From: Candidatus Bathyarchaeota archaeon
GTDB taxonomy: Archaea; Thermoproteota; Bathyarchaeia; Bathyarchaeales; Bathycorpusculaceae
Assembly: GCA_963775895.1 (NCBI GenBank)
Contig: CAVZKL010000028.1
Coordinates: 11,897 to 75,896 of the forward strand
Length of the DNA stretch: 64,000 bases
Direction of reading: 5' to 3'
In this document: positions 32,959 through 41,454 of the stretch, piece after piece
Layout of the letters: each line of letters begins with the position of its first letter
How positions within the stretch are numbered: the first letter of the stretch is position 1
Program-made: the position numbers and the translations under genes
The notes under the pieces: model-generated
Told to the model about the DNA's origin: nothing
The model's input: only the letters and a program-made list of their open reading frames with translations
The model's database searches: none

Positions 32959-34902
32959 CTACGCCTGCTCATCTTCCAAGAAACCCGTTAGAAATATCGC
33001 GTACTCGCAGGGATGTTCATTCTTCAGCAGTGATTTGATGATTTTTATCTTTCCCTTTTTTCCATGGATGACCCTTGAAAGCGCGTATTCTATCACTCTC
33101 TTCCTGAGACTGCAGAGCCAAGTTTTCTGTCCCGACTTAACCAATTCGTAATACGGGCACGTCTTGTATTTTAGAGTGAACCCTCCCTCGAAGTACTCGA
33201 TCTCAACTTCAACGTCAAGCTCACGATACATATCAATGAACCTCTCGCCAACCTCTCTGATGGTCCAAGGATAGTCTTCTGGAAACATCTCGTCTATTGA
33301 AACCTTTGTCTTCGCGAAAGCTTCATCACACGAACTGGCTGACATTTCATTGATCAACACCTCCATCAGCTTTTTGCGAGGAACTGGTTCCAATACGGGT
33401 TTTTGAAGGTGTCTAACTTTGAAACTGAGAAGATTCTGGAAGACCGTTGCTTGGATCTCGTAACCAAGCTCAGTGAATATGGATTCAATTAGAAAACGCT
33501 GACTATTCATAAGCAGCGTGTCCACTTTTCTGAAGATTATCGTAAAATGCTCATCGTCAACCAAACGCACCTCTGCATCTGGTTGGATGGACCCTATGTT
33601 TTTTAGTATAAAATTCTGCGCCAGTTTCCTAATCTTATCTGGATCGTTTCTTGCCAACATTCGAATCGCATTTGAAACACGGACGCCCATCGCACGATAG
33701 GTCTCACTGAACTTCTCCTTGTTGGAATCATAGACCCTCGACGCGAAAGAAGTGAAGACCTCGCGTGGAACAGGGATGACATCCAAGAACTGTTTCCCGA
33801 TAGTCTGATAGAGACTGACTTCCACTATTTGATCCAGAAGACTCGGATCTTCCTGACCCACATACTGAATTGTTGCACTTGCCGTCGTCTGCTCCACGGA
33901 ATATTTCAACAGTTTCCAACCCCGCGTTGCAAGAACAACGGAAAGCATTACGATTGACAGCTTGGAGACGGAAGGAGTGGTGGACTGGAAAGAAATATCA
34001 AGTGTCTTTCCATCGACGTCTCTCAGTATCTTGGCCTGTTTGAACCAATTCATTTTTATGAAAGCCAGAAGCAAACTCTGCACGAATTCTTTTGGTTCGG
34101 TCGGAAGCTCGCCCGTGCCAAGCGCGATTCTGAGGTCTTCGAGGAATGAGCCAAAATCTGTTATGGGTTCTTCGAGATGCTTCTCAGCCCAATTCATAAA
34201 TGCTGGCCCTACCAGCATCAATGTGTTTCTAAACAGACTGGGGGTAGTGTTCGAAAGCCGCTTTTCGATTTGTTCACTAAGTTCCCCAAGATCCTTTCGT
34301 TTGAGAGGGTAGATCTCTTGCCGCATCATCTTGGTTGCAATGTCTTCTCCCATCAATCTCATTTCAAAGGATATTTGCAAGCCCTCCAGAATGGTCGCTA
34401 TTTGGAACGCAACAATTTCCGGAAGCCGCATGAAGGAGCTGGGCCTGAGAATCACCGTGTTGTCGATTTCGCTGTATGAAGCAATTTCAAAAATCCTGGT
34501 CAGGTCTCTTATCTCTCCTAGAACCATCATGAATTCCTTAAAATTCGAAGGCTTCTTCCAAGCGACGGATCCTTTCAATATTTCGATAGTGTCTTTTGCT
34601 TCTTCCTTCTGTTCCTTGATAAAGTCTTGGATCGATTTGTCTCCCACCGCCACTTCCAAGAGACTATTCACTGTTTTCTTTCCAACAGAAATAAGATCCA
34701 AAGCTTCTCTGAGATTCATTTGCTCTTTCATCTTTGCCTTTACGGCACAATCATCGCATGACCCAACTTTTTCAACCCTCAACAGAGTCTCAAGCGCTTT
34801 CTCGATAACACGGTTCTTGCCTCCATAAGTCTGTGACAATTCCTCAAGCATTTCATCTGTTTTCTTGGTAACCGTCGTATGAAGGTGAATCGGCACTGTC
34901 AT
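32959..34902 (-). CDS. Hypothetical multidomain regulator: N-terminal RHH-like segment + CxxC, C-terminal V4R/MetOD1-like Cys domain
   Basis: HLHTTV strand, helix, GGKNRVIEKAL helix, CDDC; C-terminal LKYKTCPY...WLC...HPCEY. Domain calls are by pattern only. Confidence 0.55.
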   Translation of the reverse strand: MTVPIHLHTTVTKKTDEMLEELSQTYGGKNRVIEKALETLLRVEKVGSCDDCAVKAKMKEQMNLREALDLISVGKKTVNSLLEVAVGDKSIQDFIKEQKEEAKDTIEILKGSVAWKKPSNFKEFMMVLGEIRDLTRIFEIASYSEIDNTVILRPSSFMRLPEIVAFQIATILEGLQISFEMRLMGEDIATKMMRQEIYPLKRKDLGELSEQIEKRLSNTTPSLFRNTLMLVGPAFMNWAEKHLEEPITDFGSFLEDLRIALGTGELPTEPKEFVQSLLLAFIKMNWFKQAKILRDVDGKTLDISFQSTTPSVSKLSIVMLSVVLATRGWKLLKYSVEQTTASATIQYVGQEDPSLLDQIVEVSLYQTIGKQFLDVIPVPREVFTSFASRVYDSNKEKFSETYRAMGVRVSNAIRMLARNDPDKIRKLAQNFILKNIGSIQPDAEVRLVDDEHFTIIFRKVDTLLMNSQRFLIESIFTELGYEIQATVFQNLLSFKVRHLQKPVLEPVPRKKLMEVLINEMSASSCDEAFAKTKVSIDEMFPEDYPWTIREVGERFIDMYRELDVEVEIEYFEGGFTLKYKTCPYYELVKSGQKTWLCSLRKRVIEYALSRVIHGKKGKIKIIKSLLKNEHPCEYAIFLTGFLEDEQA

Positions 34903-34936
34903 CCCCAGATTATGGTTCAGATTGGTTTCTATTAAA

Positions 34937-34975
34937 CGTGTTCACAGAAAATGGATGATGTACACGAACGACAAC
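34937..34975. promoter_or_regulatory. Putative operator upstream of the regulator gene
   Basis: CGTGTTCA-N14-TGTACACG imperfect inverted repeat; TGATGTACACGAACGACAAC closely matches 36836-36856. Confidence 0.5.
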
Positions 34976-35005
34976 AAAAAAGAAAAAGAAGGGAAGTTAG
35001 GCTTT

Positions 35006-36769
35006 CTATCTCTGAACTGCGATGAACGCCCCCTTTTGGCGAGTGAACATCGCGTCCGAAAGTCGTTTTATGGCATTCATATAAGCTGCGACTCGCAGGC
35101 TAACCTTATAGGTCAAGGCAACATCAAGAACCGAATTGAACGCTGTGACAATAGTGTTTTCCAGCTTACCTCGTACTTCTTCTTCTGTCCAGTAATAGTT
35201 CATCTGGTTCTGAACCTGTTCAAAGTAGCTTACGATGACTCCTCCCGAGTTGGCTAAAATGTCTGGAATCACGAAGACTCCGTTCCTGTAGAGTATCTCG
35301 TCAGCTTCAGGCGTGGTCGGTCCGTTGGCGCCCTCTGCTACAATCTTGGCTCTGATCTTGCCTGCATTTGTCACTGTAATCTGATTCTCTAGGGCTGACG
35401 GAACTAGAACGTCACATTTCAGCTCTAACAGTTCCTCGTTTGTCATGTTTGTGCTGTCCTTGTAGCCGATGACAGAACCGGTTTCGTTTTTGTATTCGAG
35501 TACCTTGATGGGATCTATTCCTTTCGCGTTGTATATTGCACCCTTGGAATCAGAAACAGCTATTATTTTGCATCCGATTTCGTTGAGCAATTTCGCAGCA
35601 TGGAATCCTACGTTGCCGAATCCTTGAACAGCGACTTCTGCGCCTTTTAGTTTCAGGCCCAAGTGTTTTGCAGCTTCGATGACTGTGTACATCACGCCCC
35701 GGGAAGTGGCCTCAGTTCTGCCCAGCGAGCCGCCGACATTGACTGGCTTTCCGGTCACGACGCCGAAGGCGTTGTAGCCGACTATGTCACTGTACTCGTC
35801 CATTATCCAAGCCATTGTTTGTGAATCAGTATATACGTCTGGGGCGGGCACGTCAGAGTTTGGTCCAATGTATCTTGCTATTGCTCGTGCGTATCCTCTC
35901 GTTAGTCTTTCAAGCTCTCCCTGGGACATTTCCTTAGGATTACATCTTATCCCGCCTTTCCCTCCGCCTAGAGGCAGTCCCGTGACCGCAGTCTTAAAGG
36001 TCATCCATGCTGACAAAGCCACCACCTCGTCCAGTGTAAGATCTGGATGGTAACGAATGCCTCCTTTTGTGGGTCCTAGGATATCGTTGTACTGCACCCG
36101 ATATCCAGTGAAAACTTGCAAGCCTCCGTCGTCCATGGTGACGGGAAAATTGACTATTATTGCTCTCACTGGGCGTTTCAGCATCTCGTGCAGGCCAGGG
36201 TCCAGCTTCAGTTTTTTTGCAGCGATATCAAGCAGTCTGAGGACTGCCTCGTAAGGGTTTGGCGTTGCTACGATTGGAACCAAGGTTTCCAACTTGATAG
36301 ACATAGCTGTTTGCAGTTTCTCCATCAAATTCTGGAAATTCTCGCGCGCCACTTCGCCGTTGCCGTTCGTGCTTCCAAAGAACCAGACGTAAGCTTCTAT
36401 GATCGATTCAGACCTCTTTGAGGTGAAAGAACCAGCGGGCGACATTTTGGGATTTGCCGAAAAGTAGTCGATGATCGTGCGAAGCATGTTGATTTCCTCT
36501 TTTGACATTTGAAGCCATTTGTTTAGTGGGCGTGGCGCTTCCACTTGAACGTATTCGGCTTCATTGATTCTTCTTTGAAGCTCTTCCAGTGTTTTCCACG
36601 CGTCTGCTTCTGGAATTCCAAAGTTCTCTGAGTACGTTGTAACGAGAGCATAGTGGGCGGTCGTGTAGCTTTCTATTTTTGCGGTTAGTTCCGGTTTTTC
36701 CACAAAGAAATCAGCCATCAGTTTTATCATTCCGAGTTCTCGTCCTGAGAGTTCTATTGGGCTTAACAT
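35006..36769 (-). CDS. gdhA: Glutamate dehydrogenase (Glu/Leu/Phe/Val family) with ~168-aa N-terminal extension
   Basis: [47 protein letters not shown] and PDILANSGGV are all intact. Confidence 0.93.
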   Translation of the reverse strand: MLSPIELSGRELGMIKLMADFFVEKPELTAKIESYTTAHYALVTTYSENFGIPEADAWKTLEELQRRINEAEYVQVEAPRPLNKWLQMSKEEINMLRTIIDYFSANPKMSPAGSFTSKRSESIIEAYVWFFGSTNGNGEVARENFQNLMEKLQTAMSIKLETLVPIVATPNPYEAVLRLLDIAAKKLKLDPGLHEMLKRPVRAIIVNFPVTMDDGGLQVFTGYRVQYNDILGPTKGGIRYHPDLTLDEVVALSAWMTFKTAVTGLPLGGGKGGIRCNPKEMSQGELERLTRGYARAIARYIGPNSDVPAPDVYTDSQTMAWIMDEYSDIVGYNAFGVVTGKPVNVGGSLGRTEATSRGVMYTVIEAAKHLGLKLKGAEVAVQGFGNVGFHAAKLLNEIGCKIIAVSDSKGAIYNAKGIDPIKVLEYKNETGSVIGYKDSTNMTNEELLELKCDVLVPSALENQITVTNAGKIRAKIVAEGANGPTTPEADEILYRNGVFVIPDILANSGGVIVSYFEQVQNQMNYYWTEEEVRGKLENTIVTAFNSVLDVALTYKVSLRVAAYMNAIKRLSDAMFTRQKGAFIAVQR

Positions 36770-36806
36770 TTTTCTTCACCGTGTTTTTCAGAGAATAAAT
36801 AGAGGC

Positions 36807-36856
36807 CATGTTCAAATATAGAAACGTTATGTACATGATGTACATGAATGAACAAC
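36807..36856. promoter_or_regulatory. Putative operator array in the divergent GDH / KaiC-like promoter region
   Basis: CATGTTCA (36807), ATGTACATG twice (36829, 36838), ATGAACA (36848); TATA-like TTTTTAA at ~36875. Confidence 0.55.
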
Positions 36857-36913
36857 GTTGTCGCAACCTAAACGTTTTTAACATTGCCAGCTAAAAGCAC
36901 CTCGGAGATCCGA

Positions 36914-37663
36914 ATGGACACACCGAAGAAAAAGGAATACAAAATGTTGTCAACAGGCATAAAACCACTGGATCAGCTTCTAGGCGGTGGACTATTTCTG
37001 GGCGAGAACGTTGTCTGGGAAGTGGAGTCTGCAACTTTCGCCCGAGAGTTCCTCTACAATTTCATGAGACAAGGCATCATCGAAGGAAATCAGGTAATCT
37101 ATCTTGATTTCATCTATCCTCCACAGGCGCTGATGTTGCAATTGCAGCCCTTAATCACAACTCTCCCCGAAGGATGGGAGAACAAATTCCTAGTGCTGGA
37201 CTGTTTCTCGGAATCTTCGGGTCTGGGAGAATTGGTGTTCATTGACTTCTACGATAAATCCCCCTCGTGGCTCAGAAAGGTCCCGAGCTCAAAAGATCCA
37301 GAACAGTTTCACAAATTCTTCGGAAGGATTGAAAGAGAATTCATTACACCAGGAACGCGACTCGTCTTCAACAGCCTTTCGCTCATGGAACATATTTGGG
37401 GAAATGAGACGGTGAGAGTATTCTTCAGCCACATCTGCCCGGCTTTGTACGCGTATCAAACACTTGCTTATTGGACCATAGCCAAGAACGCTCATCCCAA
37501 GGAGTTCGTTGCACTCATTGAACACATAACTCAAGTCGTGGTTGATCTGACCAAGCAAGATGAGAAAAGGTTCCTAGAAGTGAGAAAGGCAGGCAGTAGA
37601 TACGATCCACAGAGTTTTCAACGCCATGAATATTTTGTTCACGAACTGAAGATTGATTTCTGA
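36914..37663 (+). CDS. KaiC/RAD55-like RecA-superfamily protein with degenerate Walker motifs
   Basis: STGIKPLDQLLGGG start; Walker A position reads WEVESATFAREF; Walker B reads LVFNSLS; C-terminal RFLEVRK. GGAG before ATG 36914. Confidence 0.8.
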   Translation: MDTPKKKEYKMLSTGIKPLDQLLGGGLFLGENVVWEVESATFAREFLYNFMRQGIIEGNQVIYLDFIYPPQALMLQLQPLITTLPEGWENKFLVLDCFSESSGLGELVFIDFYDKSPSWLRKVPSSKDPEQFHKFFGRIEREFITPGTRLVFNSLSLMEHIWGNETVRVFFSHICPALYAYQTLAYWTIAKNAHPKEFVALIEHITQVVVDLTKQDEKRFLEVRKAGSRYDPQSFQRHEYFVHELKIDF

Positions 37664-37674
37664 AGACCCCTTTT

Positions 37675-37693
37675 CATGTTCATGTATGTTCAT
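37675..37693. promoter_or_regulatory. Putative operator upstream of the glutamate-synthase-family gene
   Basis: CATGTTCATGTATGTTCAT (two ATGAACAT units on the minus strand, 10-bp period), about 20 nt upstream of TATA-like TACTTAAAT. Confidence 0.5.
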
Positions 37694-37781
37694 AGAAAAC
37701 CATTCTGAGGTAAATACTTAAATGTGGATTATAGAATATCATCTACTTCCAAAATTGGAAATGCTAGAAGGAGAGAGTTGA

Positions 37782-39389
37782 ATGACTGAGCGTGTACATA
37801 AAAACAGTTCGTATCTGAATGGAAAATCCACAACTGGAACACAAACGCGAGTCAAAGACACAAGCCCCACGAGCGGAATGTGCCCAATCTGTATCCGTGA
37901 CTGCCCGTTTCTGTGTGAAATAAGTCTGTCAGCCTTCAGAGGAAGAGAAGCGCTCTACCCAGAACCAGTACAATTCGGCTACAGCACCGCAGGCGCGCTC
38001 AAAGATTTCGGATTAGACTGGTCAAACTTCAACATACAAGCGGGCCTCTTCGAAGCAGAAGGAATCGAACCAAACTCGGATCTAACTATATTCCCGAACG
38101 TCAACATAGAAACAAAAGTCGGACGCATACCACTGAAGATTCCAATTCTGAACGGAGCCTTCGGCTCAACAGATGTAGCGAGACTCAATTGGGAAGGACT
38201 AGCAGTTGGCGCAGCTATCGCTGGTGCATCAATAATCGTCGGTGAAAACGTTTGTGGCATGGATGCAGAAGCTACAATTACTAACGGAAAAGTCACCCAC
38301 TCAAAAGAGCTCAAACGTAGAGTCGACCTGTTCAGAAAGTTCTGGGACGGAAAGTACGGAGAGATCGTTGTACAGACAAACGTTGAAGATCAGAGACTCG
38401 GCGTTGACGTATATGCCATCTCAAAGCTGGAAGTGAACGTCATTGAAAGAAAATGGGGTCAAGGAGCAAAAGCAATCGGAGGCGAGGTGCGAGTAAGAGA
38501 TTTAGAAAAAGCCAAACTTCTCAAGAAAAGAGGCTACATAGTAATCCCCGATCCAGAAGACCCATCTGTTCAACAGGCATTCAAAGAAGGCGTGTTCAAG
38601 TCCTTTGAGAGACACAGCAGAGTAGGAATCCCGAAAGAAAAGAACTTCATAGAGGACATCGAATGGCTGAGAAAACAGGGCGCTAAATATGTAACGTTGA
38701 AAACTGGAGCATACAGGCCTTCGGCAGTAGCATGGACGATGAAAATGGCTTCAGAAGCAAAAATAGACTACGTGTCATTTGATGGTGCAGCTGGCGGAAC
38801 AGGCATGAGCCCTGTGCCCATGATGGACGAGATGAGCATACCAACAGTCTACTTGGAAGCCATAGTCCTGAAATGCGCACAACTGCTCAAGAAGAAGGGG
38901 CGCTACGTTCCAGATCTCATCATGGCAGGCGGCTTCATAGAGGAAACATCGATCTTTAAATCCATCGCGATGAGCAACTTTGGTCAAGGCCCATTCGTAA
39001 AAGCCGTTCTGATGGGACGCTCGCCAATAACTGCGGCATTCAAAGGAAGCTACTTCAAGCAACTGTCAGACGAAGGTAAGTTGCCTAAAGCTTTCGCAGA
39101 CAAGTTTGGCGCAACACCAGAAAAGTTCTTCATCGCTACGCCTGAGCTGAAAGCAAAATACGGTGAACGCTTCAAAGAAATACCATGGGAAGCCGTTGCA
39201 GTCTACACCTATCTGACCGACAGAGTTGGAGTTGGACTCAAGCAGCTTTTGGCAGGCAACAGAAAATGGAAACTAGACCTTGTCAGCAGAAATGACCTAA
39301 TGAGCCTGTCAGAAAGAGCAACCAAAGTCACAGGTATACCGATGGCAGACGACTTCGAAAAAGATGCAATCGAAAAAATCCTGAGCTAA
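37782..39389 (+). CDS. Stand-alone FMN-binding glutamate synthase family protein
   Basis: N-terminal CPICIRDCPFLCE, A.GST, VGENVCG, ERKWGQGAKAIGGE, LKTG, DGAAGGTGMSP, AGGF, MGR. Confidence 0.9.
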   Translation: MTERVHKNSSYLNGKSTTGTQTRVKDTSPTSGMCPICIRDCPFLCEISLSAFRGREALYPEPVQFGYSTAGALKDFGLDWSNFNIQAGLFEAEGIEPNSDLTIFPNVNIETKVGRIPLKIPILNGAFGSTDVARLNWEGLAVGAAIAGASIIVGENVCGMDAEATITNGKVTHSKELKRRVDLFRKFWDGKYGEIVVQTNVEDQRLGVDVYAISKLEVNVIERKWGQGAKAIGGEVRVRDLEKAKLLKKRGYIVIPDPEDPSVQQAFKEGVFKSFERHSRVGIPKEKNFIEDIEWLRKQGAKYVTLKTGAYRPSAVAWTMKMASEAKIDYVSFDGAAGGTGMSPVPMMDEMSIPTVYLEAIVLKCAQLLKKKGRYVPDLIMAGGFIEETSIFKSIAMSNFGQGPFVKAVLMGRSPITAAFKGSYFKQLSDEGKLPKAFADKFGATPEKFFIATPELKAKYGERFKEIPWEAVAVYTYLTDRVGVGLKQLLAGNRKWKLDLVSRNDLMSLSERATKVTGIPMADDFEKDAIEKILS

Positions 39390-39392
39390 CAC

Positions 39393-39411
39393 TCCTTTCT
39401 TTTCTTTTTTG
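39393..39411 (+). terminator. Pyrimidine/T-rich archaeal terminator
   Basis: CCTTTCTTTCTTTTTTG directly after the stop codon. Confidence 0.5.
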
Positions 39412-39478
39412 ATTAAACTCGTAGTAAGCCTTAAATTCTAGATTCCAAAGCAAAAGCTCCGCAATAGAGGAGATTACC

Positions 39479-40728
39479 ATGGCAAAAGAAAGATCAGCAT
39501 ATGGTGTTGCATTAGAACAACTGAGACTCGCGGCTGAAAAGCTGAAACTTGACCCAGGAATACACGGGATGTTGAAAGTACCGAAGAGATCTTTGATAGT
39601 TACAGTTTCAATAAAGTTGGACAATGGGAAGATTGGAGTTTTCCAAGGCTGCAGAGTGCAGCACATGGACGCAAGAGGACCATTCAAGGGTGGAATACGC
39701 TACCACCCAAACGTAACTCTGGACGAAGTCACCGCACTTTCCATGTGGATGACTTGGAAATGCTCAGTTATGGACATTCCATACGGCGGAGCAAAGGGCG
39801 GCATCTGTTGTAACCCTAAAGAAATGTCCAGAGGCGAACTGGAGAACCTCACAAGACGTTATACGAGCATGATCTTTGACTTGATCGGTCCGTACCGTGA
39901 TGTCCCTGCACCTGACGTCTACACCGACTCACAGACTATGGCTTGGATAATGGATACTTACAGCCAGCGCCAAGGCTACAGCGTTCCAGAGTGCGTCACA
40001 GGAAAACCCATCAGCATCGGCGGTTCTGAAGGACGAACTGAAGCAACGTCGCTAGGAGCTGACCTATGCGTCAGGGAAGCATGCAAGCAACTAGGCATGA
40101 AATTGAAGGGCTCCACTTTCGCAGTCCAAGGCTACGGTAACGTTGGATGGAACGCAGCCAAGATAGCATATGATTGGGGCGCCAAGATCTTGGCGGTGAG
40201 CGACTCAATGGGTGGCATACATTCCAAAGAGGGACTCAACCCATACAAGGTGTACGAACATAAACAGAAAACAGGATCTGTCGTGAACTTCAAAGGAACT
40301 GAAAACATTACAAATGAAGAGGTACTCGAAACGAAATGCGACGTACTTGTACCTGCCGCCCTAGAAAACGCGATTACGAAAGATAATGCAGACAAGATAA
40401 AGCCAAGATAATTTCAGAGGGCGCAAACGGACCGACCACGCCTGAAGCTGACGAGATACTCTACGAAAATAAGATACTGCATGTCCCAGACATTCTAGCT
40501 AACGCAGGCGGAGTCACAGTGAGCTATTACGAGTGGGTTCAGAACCTGGAAAGAGAACATTGGCCATTGAAAGAAGTGAACGAGAAACTTGAGGCCAAAA
40601 TGGTAAAAGCTTTCAATGATGTGTACGCACTGTCTAAGAAAGAAAAATGCAACATGCGAATTGCCGCTCTGATGTTGGGCGTCGGCAGAGTCGCAGATGC
40701 AATCAAAACACTTGGTCTCTGGCCATAA
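39479..40728 (+). CDS. gdhA: Glutamate dehydrogenase, canonical length; one indel ~40400
   Basis: [29 protein letters not shown]; alternate frame [22 protein letters not shown] joins ORF 40519..40728. Confidence 0.94.
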
Positions 40729-40887
40729 TCAGACGAAAAAACCTTCACCTCTTTTTTCTATTTGAACCGCGAACCATTATTCCGAGTCTGCAAACTCTAT
40801 TCTGCCTGATGATCTAAACTTTTAAACTACTATTCTTATATCTGCTTTCGAAGTCTGGTTCACAATCGAGGCTGGAGAAAGGAGAAG

Positions 40888-41454
40888 ATGGTCAAAACGG
40901 TTTCGGCCAGTATTAATAATCTAGATTTCATTTTTGAAAACTCGCCTCTGAGAATCACTGCAAGCAGGAATTGCCCTGAAATCAAACTCGCGGGGTTAAC
41001 AGTCGGTCCTTTTGAAGAAGGCAACGATTATGAAGTCTTTTACTGGATTGCTATGGAGCTAACTAGATCTGGAATAGTCCATTTTCGCGCGGAAGACTTG
41101 TTGGACACTGGAAAGCTGAGCAAGATACAGTGGACTGAGCGGGTGCAGACGGCCGGACAAATGTCCAAACTTCCTGAAGGTTTCTACCCAAAACTTCGCC
41201 GATACCTCTCAGAGCTGAGGGAAAGAGTAGCCAACAACCCGGAACGAATGAGAGAATATGAAAGGGCAGACCATTTGACGAAAGACATCGTAAACTCCCG
41301 GATGAAGAAAATCGTTGCAATAGCTTCTGCTCCAGCCCAAGCTGAAAGCTCTCTCCGTAACTTAACAGCAGAAGAGAGGCTTCTCCACGAACAGCTTTCG
41401 AAAGTCATCAACAACTGGAAAACAAGGATATTGGAACAAAAGGGGAAAGCGTGA
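40888..41454 (+). CDS. GINS subunit (Gins23/Psf2-like)
   Basis: B-domain GPFEEG..W.A then A-domain LPEGFY...R..KI...NLTAEE; abuts mcm. Confidence 0.85.
   Translation: MVKTVSASINNLDFIFENSPLRITASRNCPEIKLAGLTVGPFEEGNDYEVFYWIAMELTRSGIVHFRAEDLLDTGKLSKIQWTERVQTAGQMSKLPEGFYPKLRRYLSELRERVANNPERMREYERADHLTKDIVNSRMKKIVAIASAPAQAESSLRNLTAEERLLHEQLSKVINNWKTRILEQKGKA

Noticed and set aside
36914-37663. Circadian KaiC clock or RadA/RadB recombinase
   Set aside because: Single domain, no functional P-loop, no KaiB, and no RadA N-terminal HhH domain.
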